64,000 nt of DNA from NCBI GenBank assembly GCA_013239625.1, contig MU054391.1:1240001-1304000 (forward strand), written 5' to 3'. A model generated the notes under the pieces. The model had not been told where the DNA came from and made no database searches. It saw nothing but the letters and a program-made list of their open reading frames with translations. Shown here piece after piece: positions 47,951-61,400 of the stretch (its first letter is position 1; every line of letters starts with the position of its first letter). The stretch is from Lama guanicoe (taxonomy: Eukaryota). The position numbers were made by a program, and so were the translations under genes.

Positions 47951-50079
47951 CTGCAGCAGTCAAGGCCCTACAGTTACTCCAGGGCTCCTCCCTGAGCCTC
48001 ACGCAGCCCCATGATCCTGTCCCCACCATGTCCAGACAGCGCCCCAGCCAGCGGGCACCTGTCCAGCCAGCACTGCAGTGCACAGCTCCCACTCTCAAGC
48101 TCTGCCGTTGAGAGCAGTCCTCCCCCTCCCCCTTCACCCCACCCCCTCAGGCCGGTTTCGGGCCCATGTCACTGCCAGGGGTGCTCTTCCCCAGGACCAA
48201 ACGTCCCCTCCCTGGGGCTCCCGTCGTCCCCTCTGGGCAGAAATGGCAGTCCCTGCTCTGTCCTCTTTGCGCGTGCCTGTCCATCACGCTCTGGGGGCAT
48301 TGTCATCCCTCGTCACCGCCTCCGGTGGGTGCCTGATACGAAGCAGACACTCGTTAAACAGAAGGATGGAGCTCCACAGTCTAAAGGCTACTGCTGGCCC
48401 TGAACAGGCCACCAGCTGACCTGGAGCTGGGTTTGGGGCTCCAGTTCCTGACCGGAGGCAGTGAGTCTCAAAACTGGACTTAAGTTTCCACCTGGAAGGC
48501 TAGCTTGGAGCCTGAGGCAGCCGGGGGGTTTGGTGACATGGAGCTGAGCCGCAGGTCAGGCAGGATGGATGGGCCCAAGGGGCTCTGTCCACGCCCTCAG
48601 TCCGAGTCCAGAGGACGGTGGGCGGGGAGTGTTCGTGGTGGGGTGAGAGCTGGGTTGGGCACACCCGTGCCACACTTGGCCCCCACGGTTCCCCCCGCCA
48701 GGCGGTGTAGCCCGGCCTGGTTTGTGCTGAGCCCAGCAGCGTGGAGGCGGGGGGGCCTGCTCCCCTGAGTGCTTCCTGCCTGGGCCTCGCTCTGGGGTGA
48801 TCAGGAAAGGCCTTGCCAACCTGCAGTGAGTCACGGTAACCCCTGGACACCATGGGCCTCTTAGAGGCTCACCTGAGACCCTCCTGGGAGGTGCACGGAC
48901 CACAGGCCTCAATCCTGGGCCTGAAAGCAGCTTCTGGGAAGGTGGGAGGCGGTCACCTCACAGGACGTGGGAAGGTCCTCCGACAAGCGGAGCCTGAAGG
49001 GCCCTGTGGGAGACTTCCTCCCTGTCCCCGCTGCTATCTGAGTGCCAATAGCCTGCGCGAGATGATGCATTAACCTATTTCTCACCGAGGCCAGGGCCAT
49101 CCATCAGACCCACTTTCCTCCTGGCAGGGCGAGCCAGCCGCCAGGCACACGCTCCACAGAGGGGCCGGTCAGCTGTGCCGCCTCCCTGAGCCCCAGGCCC
49201 GTAAACGGGGGTGACCCCACGAGCGCCACGTCCTCCGCCTCCTAACAACGCTTCCATTTCAGAAAAGGGTTCACTCACGTTTTCTGTCCTGAGATAAATC
49301 CCAGGTGGAGTTTTGGTTTTATGCAAAACGAACCCCAGACAGGAAGGTGCCGGCTGCTCTCTGGGGTCTGCACGGAGGTTTCGGGTCTGCACTCTGCCAA
49401 TCCTTTCCTTTAAATCAGGGTCATCAGTCTTGAGAAAATCGAATTAGCGGTGGCCGGCATTACCTGCGCATCAGCGGGGAGGTGACTGCCTTTCCACCAA
49501 GCTTTCACAGAGAAAGCGCACAAGAGGGGGAGGTGAGGCCCCCAAGGAGACGAGTGTGGGGCTGCGGGCTGCATCCCCTCTGTCTCGGGGCTGCAGAAAA
49601 GAGCAGCCCACTGATCAGCAGTTGTGAAGGGTGGCCTGTGACACCCTCTGCCCCAGGACCTCTGAGTGCGTGTGACCCACAGCTGTCCCGGGGCGGCCGG
49701 GGGCCCGCGCTGCCGGGGGTGGGCGGGGAACTCCCGGGCGGACGCCGTCTCAGGAAGAAACACGGCAGGCGTGTCCCTGTGGGGGCGTCTCTGACGGGGT
49801 GGGGAGCACAGTTCTGCTGGCGGGGGGCCCGGGGTCTCTGTGGTCACTCCTCCACCCTCGCCAGACCCCGCCCACTGGGAGAGGCTGTGCCACTGGAGAG
49901 GTCTCTCACTATGGTCCGAATTCCCTAGAAAGCTCTAGAACGGCTCTCAACAGCATCTGGGCACACAGCGAGGCTCAGAGCCTCGTCCTCAGCAGCACTG
50001 GCGTCTGTCTGCGGCACACACGCGGGAATCGGCGTCTGCTGCGTGCCCAGGGCCTGCCGGGGTCAGACCTTCTCACGCG

Positions 50080-50165
50080 GTCCTCACATAACCCACAAAA
50101 GCTTCACTCATTTGTGTGCCTTAATCTTCCCGTTTTACAGACGGGAAACTGAGGCTTCAGACGGC
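50080..50165 (-). mobile_element. MIR SINE
   Basis: TCCTCACATAACCC...CCCGTTTTACAGACGGGAAACTGAGGCTTCAGA. Confidence 0.6.
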
Positions 50166-50883
50166 CAGCTCCCCTCACCAGCACCTCTGTGCCCAGACAG
50201 TGTGGGGCACGCAGGGCTCCCCGTGTTCTGGCCCAGAGGCCCCTGGCAAGCAGCTGAAGCAACCTCTCCGTTTGCTTTGGGCTCGTCCTGCACACACTGT
50301 GGAGGTCGTGGGGAGGATGCGTCTGCCTGTCCGCATCCTGACCCTGGAGGGCCGAGACACCAGGGCGGGCATGCGGGAGCCCAGGCCCGTGGGGTCCGGG
50401 GCCCAGGGTACGTTGTCAAGGCTGGGGACTCAGACGGGAAACCCTGCCTGCATCAGCGGGGGACAATCTGACACCCCAAACACATAACACGTGCTGGGAA
50501 AGCAGATTCACCAGAAGGCAGGCCGCACTGGGGGTCTGTGCCTCTTCCAAGGGGAGCCGGCCGTTCCCAGCAGACACCTTTCCACCAGGCCGCGTGCCGC
50601 TGTGACAGCCAGGGGCGGGGCACCGAGCTGCTCCAGCCTCTTTCACTGTCAGCCGAGCGAGCCAGGCCACCCCAGTGCATGAGGGCCCGCGAGCCCCTCC
50701 CCAGCCTGACAGGCTCCTCCGTCGCCTCTGGCCCGGGGACCAGACAGAAATGAGAAGGTTTCTGCCCATCTCTGCCTGTGGAAAGGATCTCTCGCATGAA
50801 AGGGCTTGAAATGATCTTTGGAGCCCATTTCTTCTATAAAAAGCAACAGAGAAAGTGAGACAGGGTGGGGGAGGGGGAGAGGG

Positions 50884-50967
50884 NNNNNNNNNNNNNNNNN
50901 NNNNNNNNNNNNNNNNNNNNNNNNNNNNNNNNNNNNNNNNNNNNNNNNNNNNNNNNNNNNNNNNNNN
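50884..50967. other. Assembly gap (84 N) within a G/A-rich tract
   Basis: N run flanked by GGGGGAGGGGGAGAGGG and GGGAGAGGGAGGGG. Confidence 0.99.
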
Positions 50968-51874
50968 GGGAGAGGGAGGGGCGAGGATTCCTCATACTCG
51001 GACTCCGAGCACATTTTTTGGAAATAAGCGCCAGGTAAGGTACGAAGTGTGACCAGCCTACAGGGACTTGCTGGTAACAAGCAAATGAAGACCCCTCCCC
51101 AGTCGGTACAGCCAAGGAGACGCGGGAGGGGGAGTCGCCCACCACAGCCCCACGCGGAACACGAGGCGCCTCTGTGTGGAGCAGACAGGCTGGTGGGGCT
51201 GAGCGCCAGGCACACCATCCCAGGCGCTCTCCCAGCCCCCACCACACACAAGAACCCGGCCCGGCCGCTCCCCGGGGATGCCACGTCCCACTCAAAGGCC
51301 TTCCACACTTGCCAAGGCGGTCAAGGCCCAGCCATGGCCACACCAGCCCTGGGGCCCACGTGGCTCTTCCCCAGGAGACCACCCTAGCCCTCGGTGCGTC
51401 AGGAGCTGCTGTCTTACCCAAAGGCCCTCTCCAGGCCCCCTGACACAGAGGTGGCTGCATTTCCCGCCGATTCCTCAGCCGAGCGCTGCCCCTCGGGGCT
51501 CCGAGGGTGTGCGTTTTCTCAGCGCACAGACCCCCGCACGCAGAGCCCAGAGTGCAAAGCCAGCTGACGTGGGGGCTTGGTCAGTTTTGCTCCTGAGTTT
51601 ACCAGAAGCGCCTGGGACAGCTCCTGGTAGCAGTGAGTCCTTGAGGAACATCTGCTGGATTGATTTAAGTTGGGTGCAGACTGGGGGTCCATCTAGGTGT
51701 GGTGGGTGCGGACTAGGGGGTCTGGGTATCCAGGGATGCTGACTGAGAGTCTAGAGCGTGCACGAGGGAAGTGGTTTCTGCTGGAGGTCTGAGTGCCCTT
51801 GGTGGAGAGTTTAGCCACAAAGTGCGTGAACTGGTGAAAATGGAAGTCCTGATCAGCTTCTCTCCAAAGTCAGG

Positions 51875-52230
51875 AAATGCCATCTGCTGCCACAAATGCC
51901 ACCCCCAGTGCGTAAGGACTGAGGCAGGCAGATGTGTGATTCTCCACACCTGGTGGGAGGCTGGTGCCCTGAGCTTCAGTCACAATCCTCCAGCCTGGCT
52001 TCTCCGCCCGGGTTTCCTCCGTCTTAAACCCATGACTTCACGATCGCCGGGCGCGTCGGCACACAGGGTGCACTGACAGGAGAAAAGAGCACAGAGGACC
52101 CCACCACCGGGGTTTTACATGCACCGGGCCCTGGAGGAGAACCACTTGCCCCACAAGGGCCACACTTCAGTCACGTGGTCACACCGTCCCACGAAGGGTG
52201 ACCGGGACGCTAGCCTGGCTGGTGCCCACC
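51875..52230 (-). mobile_element. MLT1 (MaLR) LTR remnant
   Basis: CTGCTGCCACAAAT...CAGTCACGTGGTCACACC...AAGGGTGACCGGGA resembles antisense old MLT1. Confidence 0.4.
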
Positions 52231-53789
52231 GATGGTCCGACCAGAACGGGTAGAGTCAGGGCAAGATGCAACCGCAGGGGGGCAATTGCCACTTCAGATG
52301 CACCGTGGCTGGGCTGGGGTCTCCTCGGGGTCTCTGGGGATCTCCTTCTGCCCATGAGGGGCTACTCTAGCAGAACAAAAGGCACGGACACCCTGCTGTG
52401 TCCTTGGTGAAGCAGACCTATTGATTTTCTGGGCATTCTGCTTTGATGAGCATCAAAACAGGCAGAGGCAGGTGATCTGTGCAAGCCTGGGGCGGAGTGG
52501 AGCCGGCACGCAGGGGGAAAGAGAGGGAACCAGCCGGAGGCTCCGAGGGGAGGGAGAGATAAAGGGCCTTTGGTGACAGCATGACAGAGAGGCACCTGGA
52601 AGGGAAGAAATGAGGAGGAAGTTCTAGTCGTTTCTCCAGTGTTCTGAGACCCCTCCACATTCTTCCTTAAATCTACGTGTCCAGGCATGAGTGCTTCATG
52701 AGGGTAACAGGGCATCCACGTTACACGGATGGCCTATTGGTCACTTTTTGGACTGACAGCATGACGTGATGTCAGCCAGGAGCTCGAGGCAGCCCTGCTG
52801 GGGATGTGGGTGCAGCCGGGGTGTCCGCTTGCTGTGTTGAAGGCAGACCTCTGTCCAGCGGTGTAATCGAGCACTGAGCCCATGGCCACTGGCTCCCCCA
52901 GGCTTTATCGCCGTGAGTCTGGCCCAGTGTCACCAGGAAGTGCTATCTGATGGCTCAGTGATTTCCAGGGTATCTTTGATCAAACTCCAGCCCTGGCAGA
53001 AGTGTCCCTGGCACTGCTGATGGGAAGCAAACATAGCCGCTTTGTAAAGTCTGAAAGTGGCTTGAGATCCCGTTTATCAAGCTCCTGGAGTGGCCACCAC
53101 CAAGCCCTTTCAGAGCCCCCACGCCCACCCCAAAGGGACAGGTGCTTCTCAGCTCCGTGGGGACCTCCAATGAGGGGTCTTCACCAAACCCAAGTTCTTC
53201 TGGAGGGAAAAGAAAACAGGAAGATGACCGTTTCTTCTTAAGCTACTGGGTTTTGTTGCGTCCAACCCACCTCTGATTACCAAGTGGCGCTGTTGTCTCC
53301 CACCCAGTACACGGCACAACTGCAGGTCTTCTGTGACGCTCTGGACAAATGCCTTGAACACCTGCGGGGACCGGCTGCCTTTGCAGCAGGCTGGCGCTGT
53401 GCAGGCAGGTGAGGCAGTGCTGTATGCAGGTTCACGTCGCCTCCCTACTGTGGACCGACGCTCACGGCAGGGCCCAGGGGATGGATGCCCCCAAGGTTGC
53501 AGGGATGCCCCAGTCCTGCCGGGACTCCTGAGCTCCCGTGCCCAGGTGCCTGACCGAGCCCCGCGGTCTCCCGCTCTCCACAGTCCTGCTGGGAACACAC
53601 TGCCTGCTCCCTGCTCCAACCCCAGGTCTGTCCTGGGACAGGCTCTCCCTCCTCCTGCTCCTGACCTGGCCCATGGCCGGGCCCTGCTTCCCAGGGAGAT
53701 GGTCCAGGTCACAGTTCTCTCTGGACAAGGGGTTTCTCTCGGCCTGGGGTCTGGGGCATTAGTTCTTGGTCCCTCAGGCAAATAGCTGA

Positions 53790-53940
53790 TTCTGGACTCT
53801 GGCTTGGCTGCATCTGTGTTCAGAGACAAGTCATTAGCTCTTTCGAGCCTTCGTGTCCCCATCTGGGAAAACGCTGCTACCACAGAGGTCGTGTGGAGAC
53901 TTGGTGAGTTGTTAGAAACACGTAACATGGCTCCTGGTTT
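53790..53940 (+). mobile_element. MIR SINE, degenerate
   Basis: GACAAGTCATTAGCTCTTTCGAGCCTTCGTGTCCCCATCTGGGAAAA...CACAGAGGTCGTGTGGAGA. Confidence 0.4.
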
Positions 53941-55709
53941 TCTCCCCACTGCCCCTAGCTGCCCTCCTAGGGGAGACGCCAGCACCCAGGCCTGCATGTG
54001 GGACCTGGGCCTGCGAAGCAAGGCTGTGCCATGGGCCTGTGACCCTCACCTGCACACCGCCAGCTTGGCACACACAGCAGCCCAGCCGGGCTCCAGCCTC
54101 CCCTGTCTACACCAGTGCCCAGCCCACCAGCCCACCAAGTGGTTTCCTGCTCGCCGCCCCGCACGTCCACCCACAGGTCATGCTCGTCTCAGGCGGGGCT
54201 GGAGGTCTGGCTCCTGGAGCAGCCGCAGCCGGTGCAGACACCCTGTCTCCTGGAGGCTTCGTCTTCCCTGCCCCCACCAGGCCCCCCGCTCCCTTGCCAC
54301 TCGCCCCATCCTTCGCCACACACTCCCTCCACTCAGGCCACCTGTGCTCTGAGCTTACAGCCCTGCATCTGTGCCCTCCTTGGGAGCCTTGTCTCCAGGG
54401 CTGGTCTCATCCACTTTGGGGCTCGGACCCCTTCCCAGCCCATGGCAGGTGGTCTGCACTAAACGGGCGTTTGGGAAAGAATGGATGGATAAGCACAATT
54501 ATTGTGCTGGTGGAGATTCCAGTCTCCAGGAGGGCAATGGGGTGAGACCCGGGAAACCTCAGCTCTCAGGCCGGGACTCCGGGGCGACAGGCAGGCCAGG
54601 CTGGCGTGGGGTGGTCCCTGGGCCGCTTCCGCCCACACGTCGTGGCATCGACACAGACCCGCTGGCCTCGGGGAGGGGTCTCACGCTCGGCTACGCTGTG
54701 ACCGCCGTTCCTGGAGCCGGGCTGGCCCCTCAATCCTGAGCAGCCTGGTCTCAGTGCAGCCTGGACAGTGGGGAAGTGGGAGCTCTCTGGGAGGCTCTGA
54801 CAAGCAGCTGCGGTTGAGAACCACCGTCCAAGGTGACCTCACTCAGGGCCCGGGGCCGTCAGGGGCTGTGACGGCCGTCCCTGTGTCCCTCCCACAGGTC
54901 CCCGCTTCCCGCAGGGCCCCTCCCCCGTCCTCGTCGCTGTGCCGAGAAGCCCTCTGTCCTCGCCGCCGTGGGAACGATGCCCGAAAGGGAGGAGCCCCCA
55001 GACCTGGGCAGAGCGGGGGCCCTGTGGCTGATGGCAGACAGCGTCCTCTCCACACCAGCCTCCGGTGCTCCCCGGGGGCAGCCGGCTCCCCTCATCTGTC
55101 TGACAGTGAATCCGCATCTCCCGAGCTTGGCTTCCAGCCATGTCCAGGACTCTGGGAATACGGGGTTCTAATTAGCCGCGCTCATTAATCAGAGCTCCAA
55201 CTGGGCTGAACTGGAAGCCCGGGACCGACTGGGAGGGGAGCGCTGGCTGCAGTGACACCGGGTTCCACCCCGCACCAGCTGAGCCCACCCCACCGTGAGC
55301 ACGGCTATGCCAGGCCCGGGCCGCGGTCAGGACAGAGCGGAGACGCGGCGGTCTGGGGAGGAGCGCGGGCAGCCCTGCGGGGAGGCTGGCGGCCGCAGAG
55401 CGGGGCCACGTTCTGTCGGCTTCATTGCCCCAAGCCCATAGCCCGCGGAGTAAAACCCTCACGCGCAATTTAATACTGGCACCCCGCCATCCGACCCTCA
55501 GTGACCCCGGTTCTCTTCCCAGCTCTCTGAACCCACCAGTGTCTCCCGAAAAGCACAAATGGACACCCTCCCAGCTCTGCACACAGACTGCCCCTCGACC
55601 CTCCCCACCCTGCCCAGACGGGGCATCAACCTGAGGGACTCAACTGTGTCTCCTGGAATCGGGCTTGAGTCAGGTTCTGGGCCTCCAAGAGGTCCTTCCC
55701 ACCACGTCC

Positions 55710-55815
55710 CACGCGGGCACACACATGTACACGGGCACACGCACGGGCGGGCACAGGCACGCACAGGCACACACGTGCGCACACACAAGCAGGCGCACAA
55801 TCACACACGCGCACC
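55710..55815. repeat. Degenerate (CA/CG)n alternating purine-pyrimidine tract
   Basis: CACACACATGTACACGGGCACACGCACG...CACACACGTGCGCACACAC. Confidence 0.8.
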
Positions 55816-58800
55816 TGCGCTGCGGGGCCTCTGCACTTGCCTCTTCCGCCCCCTCACCCTGAAATGCCCGTTGCCCCGGGGGCTGTGCGCCGCCCCTGCG
55901 CCCCCAGGGTCTGCTGGACTGCGCGGCCCGGCGCCCCTCCAGCAGCCTAGCACCTCCCCAGCTGACTGCCACGTCCCGGCGCCACCCGTGCACGTCCCAC
56001 AGTCTGCCACCGCTGTTAAAACAATCTCTTCCCCCTCAGAGTCAAGGACCCTGGAGGCAGGGGCTACACTCGGCCAGCCCCCCCTCCCAGTGTCCAGCAC
56101 AACCTCCCTAGAGAACAGGTATCAGTAACTATGCATTTAAAAGTCTATTTTTAAATAACCGTAATTCAAGGATTTCCATGCAGGCCTGCGTTATCCCAAG
56201 TCTGTCTTATCTTCCGGTATTAGAGGAGAGGAAACACTTTCAGGAAAACTTGCTTATCTTGAAGCCTGAACGAGTCCGTACAGGTCAGCGCTAGAGGCAC
56301 TAGGCAGGGCAGAATTATCATTCTGACTTGGTTAACTTGAAAGCCATCATCTCTGGACGGCGTGCTAGGAGCTCTAAGCCGGTGTGGCTGTGAGTCGACT
56401 GGCAGGGCAGCCTCTGCGGGTCTGAGCCCTGCTCTGCGCATCGCGGCTCCCGGGACCCCGGGAGGTGGCGTGTGGGCCCGCTCAGCCCAGAAGCCGTCGC
56501 TGGGATGGAATTCACGCGGGCTCAGCATGAACTCCCACAGGAGGGGGAAGCCGCAAACACAGGCAGCGGGAGTTTGGGGTGCACTTCTGGCCGGTCTGCG
56601 TTCTCTCCACGACAGCGGCTGGATCTGAGTTACTGCACTGAAATGCCAACCGGCACGCGGCTCTTCGCAGAGGTGCTCCAGGTGAGGAATCACGGACAAC
56701 ACGGAGGGAGACGTAGATGCCGATCTGAGTCCTGGCCCGGCTGTGCTGGACTTCGGGGGAGACTCAGTCCCTGCGACTCTCGCTTTCTCTGTAAAACCCA
56801 TCCCGTGTGCGCCACAGGCTGCGTCAGGCGCAAGATCACGTGCGTATCCTCCGCAGCGAGAAGGAGCATTCTCTGACCGACAGGACCCACAGCACCGAGC
56901 GGCGCTCAGGCCTTGCACACGAGGCCTTTCTCCCGGGCCTGGCACGGAGGACGTAAGCGCTTGGAATCTCCAGAGAGAAGGGTGTCCTTTATCCCAGCGA
57001 GCTCCTTCCCGCCACGGCACACCTGAGCTTATGCTCACGGGGTGGTCACAGGTGGGGCCCGGGGAGTTTCAGGGCGGGGCTGGTCCCCGGGACGCCAAGC
57101 CCGTGATCAGAGGGCTGGGACGTTCAGCCCACCCCGCCCTCCAGGGGGCTGAGTTCAAGCAGTGACAACCAATGGCACACCCAGTTGTGCCCACCGACGA
57201 TGAAACCTGGTAAACAGAGTTCCTGGAGCAATGGAGTGACACGTGGTGACACGTGGGGTGCGGGGAGGGGGTGCGCCCGGAGAGGGCAGGGAGCTCTGGT
57301 CCCCACAGACCTCACCTTAATTGCCTTCATCCAGCCTTCCTTCCCCTGCTCCGCTCTGACTAACTGGGATCACAAGTGCAGCCCTGTCTTGGGTTCTGCA
57401 AGTCCTTCTAGCAAATGACCCAACCTGCCGCAAGAACTTCTGAATTTACAGCCAGAGGGGCAGAGGTTCGGTGGCCGTGGCCTGTGACTGGCGTCTGGAG
57501 GGAGGGAGGGAGTCGTGTGGGCCTGAGCCCCCACGGAGGCCGGGCAGTCAGGTCAGAGCTGAACTGACACCCAGCTGAAGTTGCAGAATCATTGGAAAAT
57601 CACGCCTGCACCTTCAGCCCAGGGCTGAGCCCAGGATCCCAGGTGTTGGCGCTGGACTCTGCCGTCACCCACTCTGGCTGCAGCGGGCGCCCGCGGGGCC
57701 CCCACCACACGGCCGCTCCTGTGGCTGCCCCTGCTGGTCCTTACAGCAGTTCAGCGGTGCTCCAGCCCCTGCAGGACAAGAGCCAGGCCTGCAAAGCAGT
57801 AAAAGTCCCCATAACACAGGCCCCCGTCTTGGCTTTGGGTCTCGTCCTCAGCTCTCGTCGGGGACACAGCAGGCACCTGGTCACCTGCACCAGGTGTGGC
57901 CACCTCCCCCGGACACAGTATCTTCAGGCCAACTTTCATCAAACTGTGGGCATGTATCTCTGTGACTTTCTTCTCCGTGGCAGTTTACAGAATCCAGACC
58001 TAGGGCGTCCTGGTGGGCCGTGTGACCCTCCCGAGGTCAGGAAGGGCTGTCTCTCGTCAGGAGCTGCTTGCTGGGAGGGCCTGGGAGAAGTGCTCCTGGC
58101 GGTTGGGCGGCTGCTCCTGGGGGGCCGGGGCTCGGTCGATGCCTGACGCAGAGACACAGTGCAGTCGGCAGGGGGAGGCCAAAGGGCCGGGAAGAACTTT
58201 TTATGTGTAAATTTTTTCTTGTCTTGTCATAAAATATAAATTTTGTTTCTCAGAAGTTGGCATCTGCTGTGAACATCGCAGTGCAGTCCACCCACAGCCA
58301 GAAGCCAGCCCATCACGAGGGGTCCTGCCTTTCGCCCCGCCCTTAGCTGAGAAGCCCCCGCTGAGAGAGACCACTCAGGCTCAGGGGCAGAGCGTCGGTT
58401 CGGGCCCCAGCGGGCGCTTCCCGCCCTGGCGAGCCTCTGCGCGGGGCCGGCAGAGCCGGAGGGGCCGAGCTCAGGGCTCTGCAGACCGGGTGCGGTGAGG
58501 GCCTTCCCTGCTGTGTGGATCCAGCCCTGCAATCACCCAGAGAAGCAAAGCAGTGCTTCCCAGCCCCAAATTCACATCCTCCCTCGTGCGCGGACTCACC
58601 CACCTCATCGTCCCGTGTTCCCCGGTACGGCGGGGTCCTGACGGCGACGTTCGGCATGCAGCACCGCCAGGGCTGCAGCTGGAAGGGCGCGGCGCCAGGA
58701 CTGTGGGCTCCGGAGGGGAACAGGCCCGGGGCTGAGCCCCACCTCTCACTGTGGGATGGCTTCTAAAAGCGGGAGTCACACCCGAAATGCTGTGCGCAGA

Positions 58801-59599
58801 AAGCTTAGCCCAGGGCCTGGCGCTGAGGAGACACTGCACACACGGCGGTTTGTTCCCCCGTCATGTCTTCTCTAAGTCATCTCAGCCGAAGGTGGCTGGA
58901 GGGGCCGCTGCTTGCGGGCTCCGGGGAAAAGCTATCAACGGACGGACGGGGCAACCTGGGCCGAGAAAAAGTCTCAATGACAGACACCCGTGAGAAACAG
59001 GAAGGTGTGTTTGTACTGTGGCCATGAGCAGAGACCCACCCCCATGGCCCGGGTCTCACGGGGCCACAGTGACATCCGGGGCCAGAGCCCACCATCCCGC
59101 TGGCCCCTCCATCGTGCTCCTTCACTCCTCCAAGACCAGCTCCTTCGCTTCTCGGCACGGTCTCTCCTTCTGGGCCCTCTGGGTCCCTGTGGCGGGCTGT
59201 TCTCCGCACCAGCTCGGCCCCAGTGCCGCGTCCTCCCACCAGCACGCTCACCGGAAGAACTTCCCTCTGGGCTGACAGTCCCGGGGCAGAGATGGGAGCT
59301 GAATGCTCCCGAATACCGGAGGCAGCCTGTCCACGGCCTGTCAGACAGGTCCAGTCAGACAGCCCCTGGGCCTGCAGTCCGCTTCCAAATGGACCCATCA
59401 CCATCCCCACGCCAGTCACCCAAGCCCCGCCCGGCTCCCGCACCCTCGACACACACCCAGGGAGTCTCAGGCCAGCTGGCTGTATTTCCCGAGTTTGTCT
59501 GGACTCTATCCTTCCCCCACCCCGGCCCTGGTTCAGAAGCTCATTGCTGTCACCCAGAACTTTCTGAGGGGCACCCGTGGGCTCCCGGCCCCTAGTCCC

Positions 59600-60185
59600 G
59601 CCCCCGCAGCTGCATTCTCAGCATTGCAGCCAGGACTTAATCTCCCCGGATTTCTTCTTCTCAGCCAACACTGACACCCTTCACATCGCCTGCAGAATAA
59701 ACTGTGAACGTCTTTTCGTGGCTTACACCCCCTCCAGGCACTGCTCCCCTTGACAGCATCTCACAGCACCCCCACCTCCGTGGTCACACTCCAGGAGTAA
59801 CAAACGTGGTGTCCCCAGCCACTCCTGCCAGCACGTGTGTCCCCCACGGGGACAGTCCTTTCTCTCAGCCTCTCTCCTCCCTCCCTCTGACCCTCACCTG
59901 GCCAGTTCTTCCTAGACGTCATCCCTGCCAGGTCGCTGTCCTCAGGATGATTTCCCTGAATGCCCCGGGGGGGGCTGGGGCCCCATGTCACAGTCACACG
60001 CCCTGTGCCTGCATCCAGCACAGGACTGACCCCACTCACCTCTCTGTTAAGAAGCGTGTGGCTCTCCTCCAAGGACCAGCGCCCCTCGGGAAAGGTGCTA
60101 CCCCACCCCTCACAGCCTCCTTGTACCCTCGTGCCCTGCACACCAGAGCGCTAACGGCAAGGGTCCAGCGACGGTTTGCTGAGCT
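59600..60185 (+). mobile_element. LINE-2 3' region, degenerate
   Basis: Pyrimidine-rich stretch with TCCTCAGGATGATTTCCCTGA...TTGTACCCTCGTGCCCTGCAC...GTTTGCTGAG, in L2 terminus order. Confidence 0.4.
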
Positions 60186-60610
60186 CAGCCAGGAGTGGAC
60201 GGGCGGGACCCAGAGCTTCGGCCAAACCCAGGTGACTGCAGCAGCCTCCCGGCACCCAGCCGTCAGTGCCACGCTCTCTCTCCCTGCCCCCACGCGCCAC
60301 TGCCAGGTGTCACGGAACTACTGCCCGGGGCCAGGGCCACCCTCACCCCTCTGTGTCCCCTGGACTAGGAGCGCTCCAGGCTGAAAGCCTGTCTCAGTCA
60401 CCCCTGCATCTTCCCGGAGGGTGGCTGGGGATCTGGAAGCGTCCCCGCACGGGGATGCCGGCCGAGTCGGGTACTGCTCACCCCCAAATCTCCTCTCCCC
60501 TCCCCATGGAGGCAAGAGGGAGCCAGCGGTTTTGACCCCGGAGTGGCCTCAGTCCCCTGGGGGGCTCTGTGTGCTCAGCATGCGTGTGGCCGTGCACAGG
60601 CCGACTGCAG

Positions 60611-60622
60611 TGACGTCACGTG
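60611..60622. promoter_or_regulatory. Overlapping full CRE and E-box (TGACGTCACGTG)
   Basis: TGACGTCA at 60611-60618 overlaps CACGTG at 60617-60622. Confidence 0.4.
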
Positions 60623-61139
60623 GTCACAGAGGCCTGGTCGTCTCTGCACCACGTCCCACCCTGTGATCACGTAATTAAGGTCCTAACACCGTGCACTCGC
60701 TGACACACAATATGCACAACTCAGGTCACTGCCACTCACGGCTCGGTCCCTGTGGGATACGCTAGGTTTGGTTGTTCACAGACTCTGCTTAATTCCAAGC
60801 TACGCCCTATCCTGTTGGAAAAAAAAATGATCATCTGCAGCAATTACACAGTTCGCTTGTTTAATGAAAAGTAGATTTGTCATCATTGTCTTCCTAAAAA
60901 TGGCTTTATCTCCAGAGAGGACGTCCATGCATGTCCCTGCAGTGGCCCTGGGGCGGAGTTCGCAGTCCACCCCAGCCACTCATCAAACCCTGTCTCCCTC
61001 CTCCACCATTGGAGTCTGGCTCCGAGCAAGCTCTGTGGGCGTTTTACGGGGAGTCACTCCCTGCGCACGTTAATCAGTGTTAAGTGACGAAAGTGTCCCC
61101 TGGCCAAATACGTGTGAGAGGATTGAGTTAAAAGCTACG

Positions 61140-61400
61140 TGTGTGGTTGCCAGGGTGTACGGGAGTGAAGAGAGGTAAAATGGGAGCTCAGGATTTGCAG
61201 ATACTAACCACTACATATAAAATAGATAAGCAACAAGGTCCCACTGTGCAGCACAGGGAGCTACATTCAATGGCTTGTAATGACCTATAACGGAAAAGAA
61301 TATGAAAAGGATTATATGTGTGTAGCTGAATCACTCTGCTGTCCACCAGAAACTAACACAACATTGTAAATCAACTCTACTTCAATAAAAACAAACAAAA
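61140..61400 (+). mobile_element. 5'-truncated cetartiodactyl-type LINE-1 3' end
   Basis: TATAAAATAGATAAGCAACAAGGTCC...AGCACAGGGA...CTGAATCACT...ACCAGAAACTAACACAACATTGTAAATCAACTCTACTTCAATAAAA plus A-rich tail. Confidence 0.88.
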
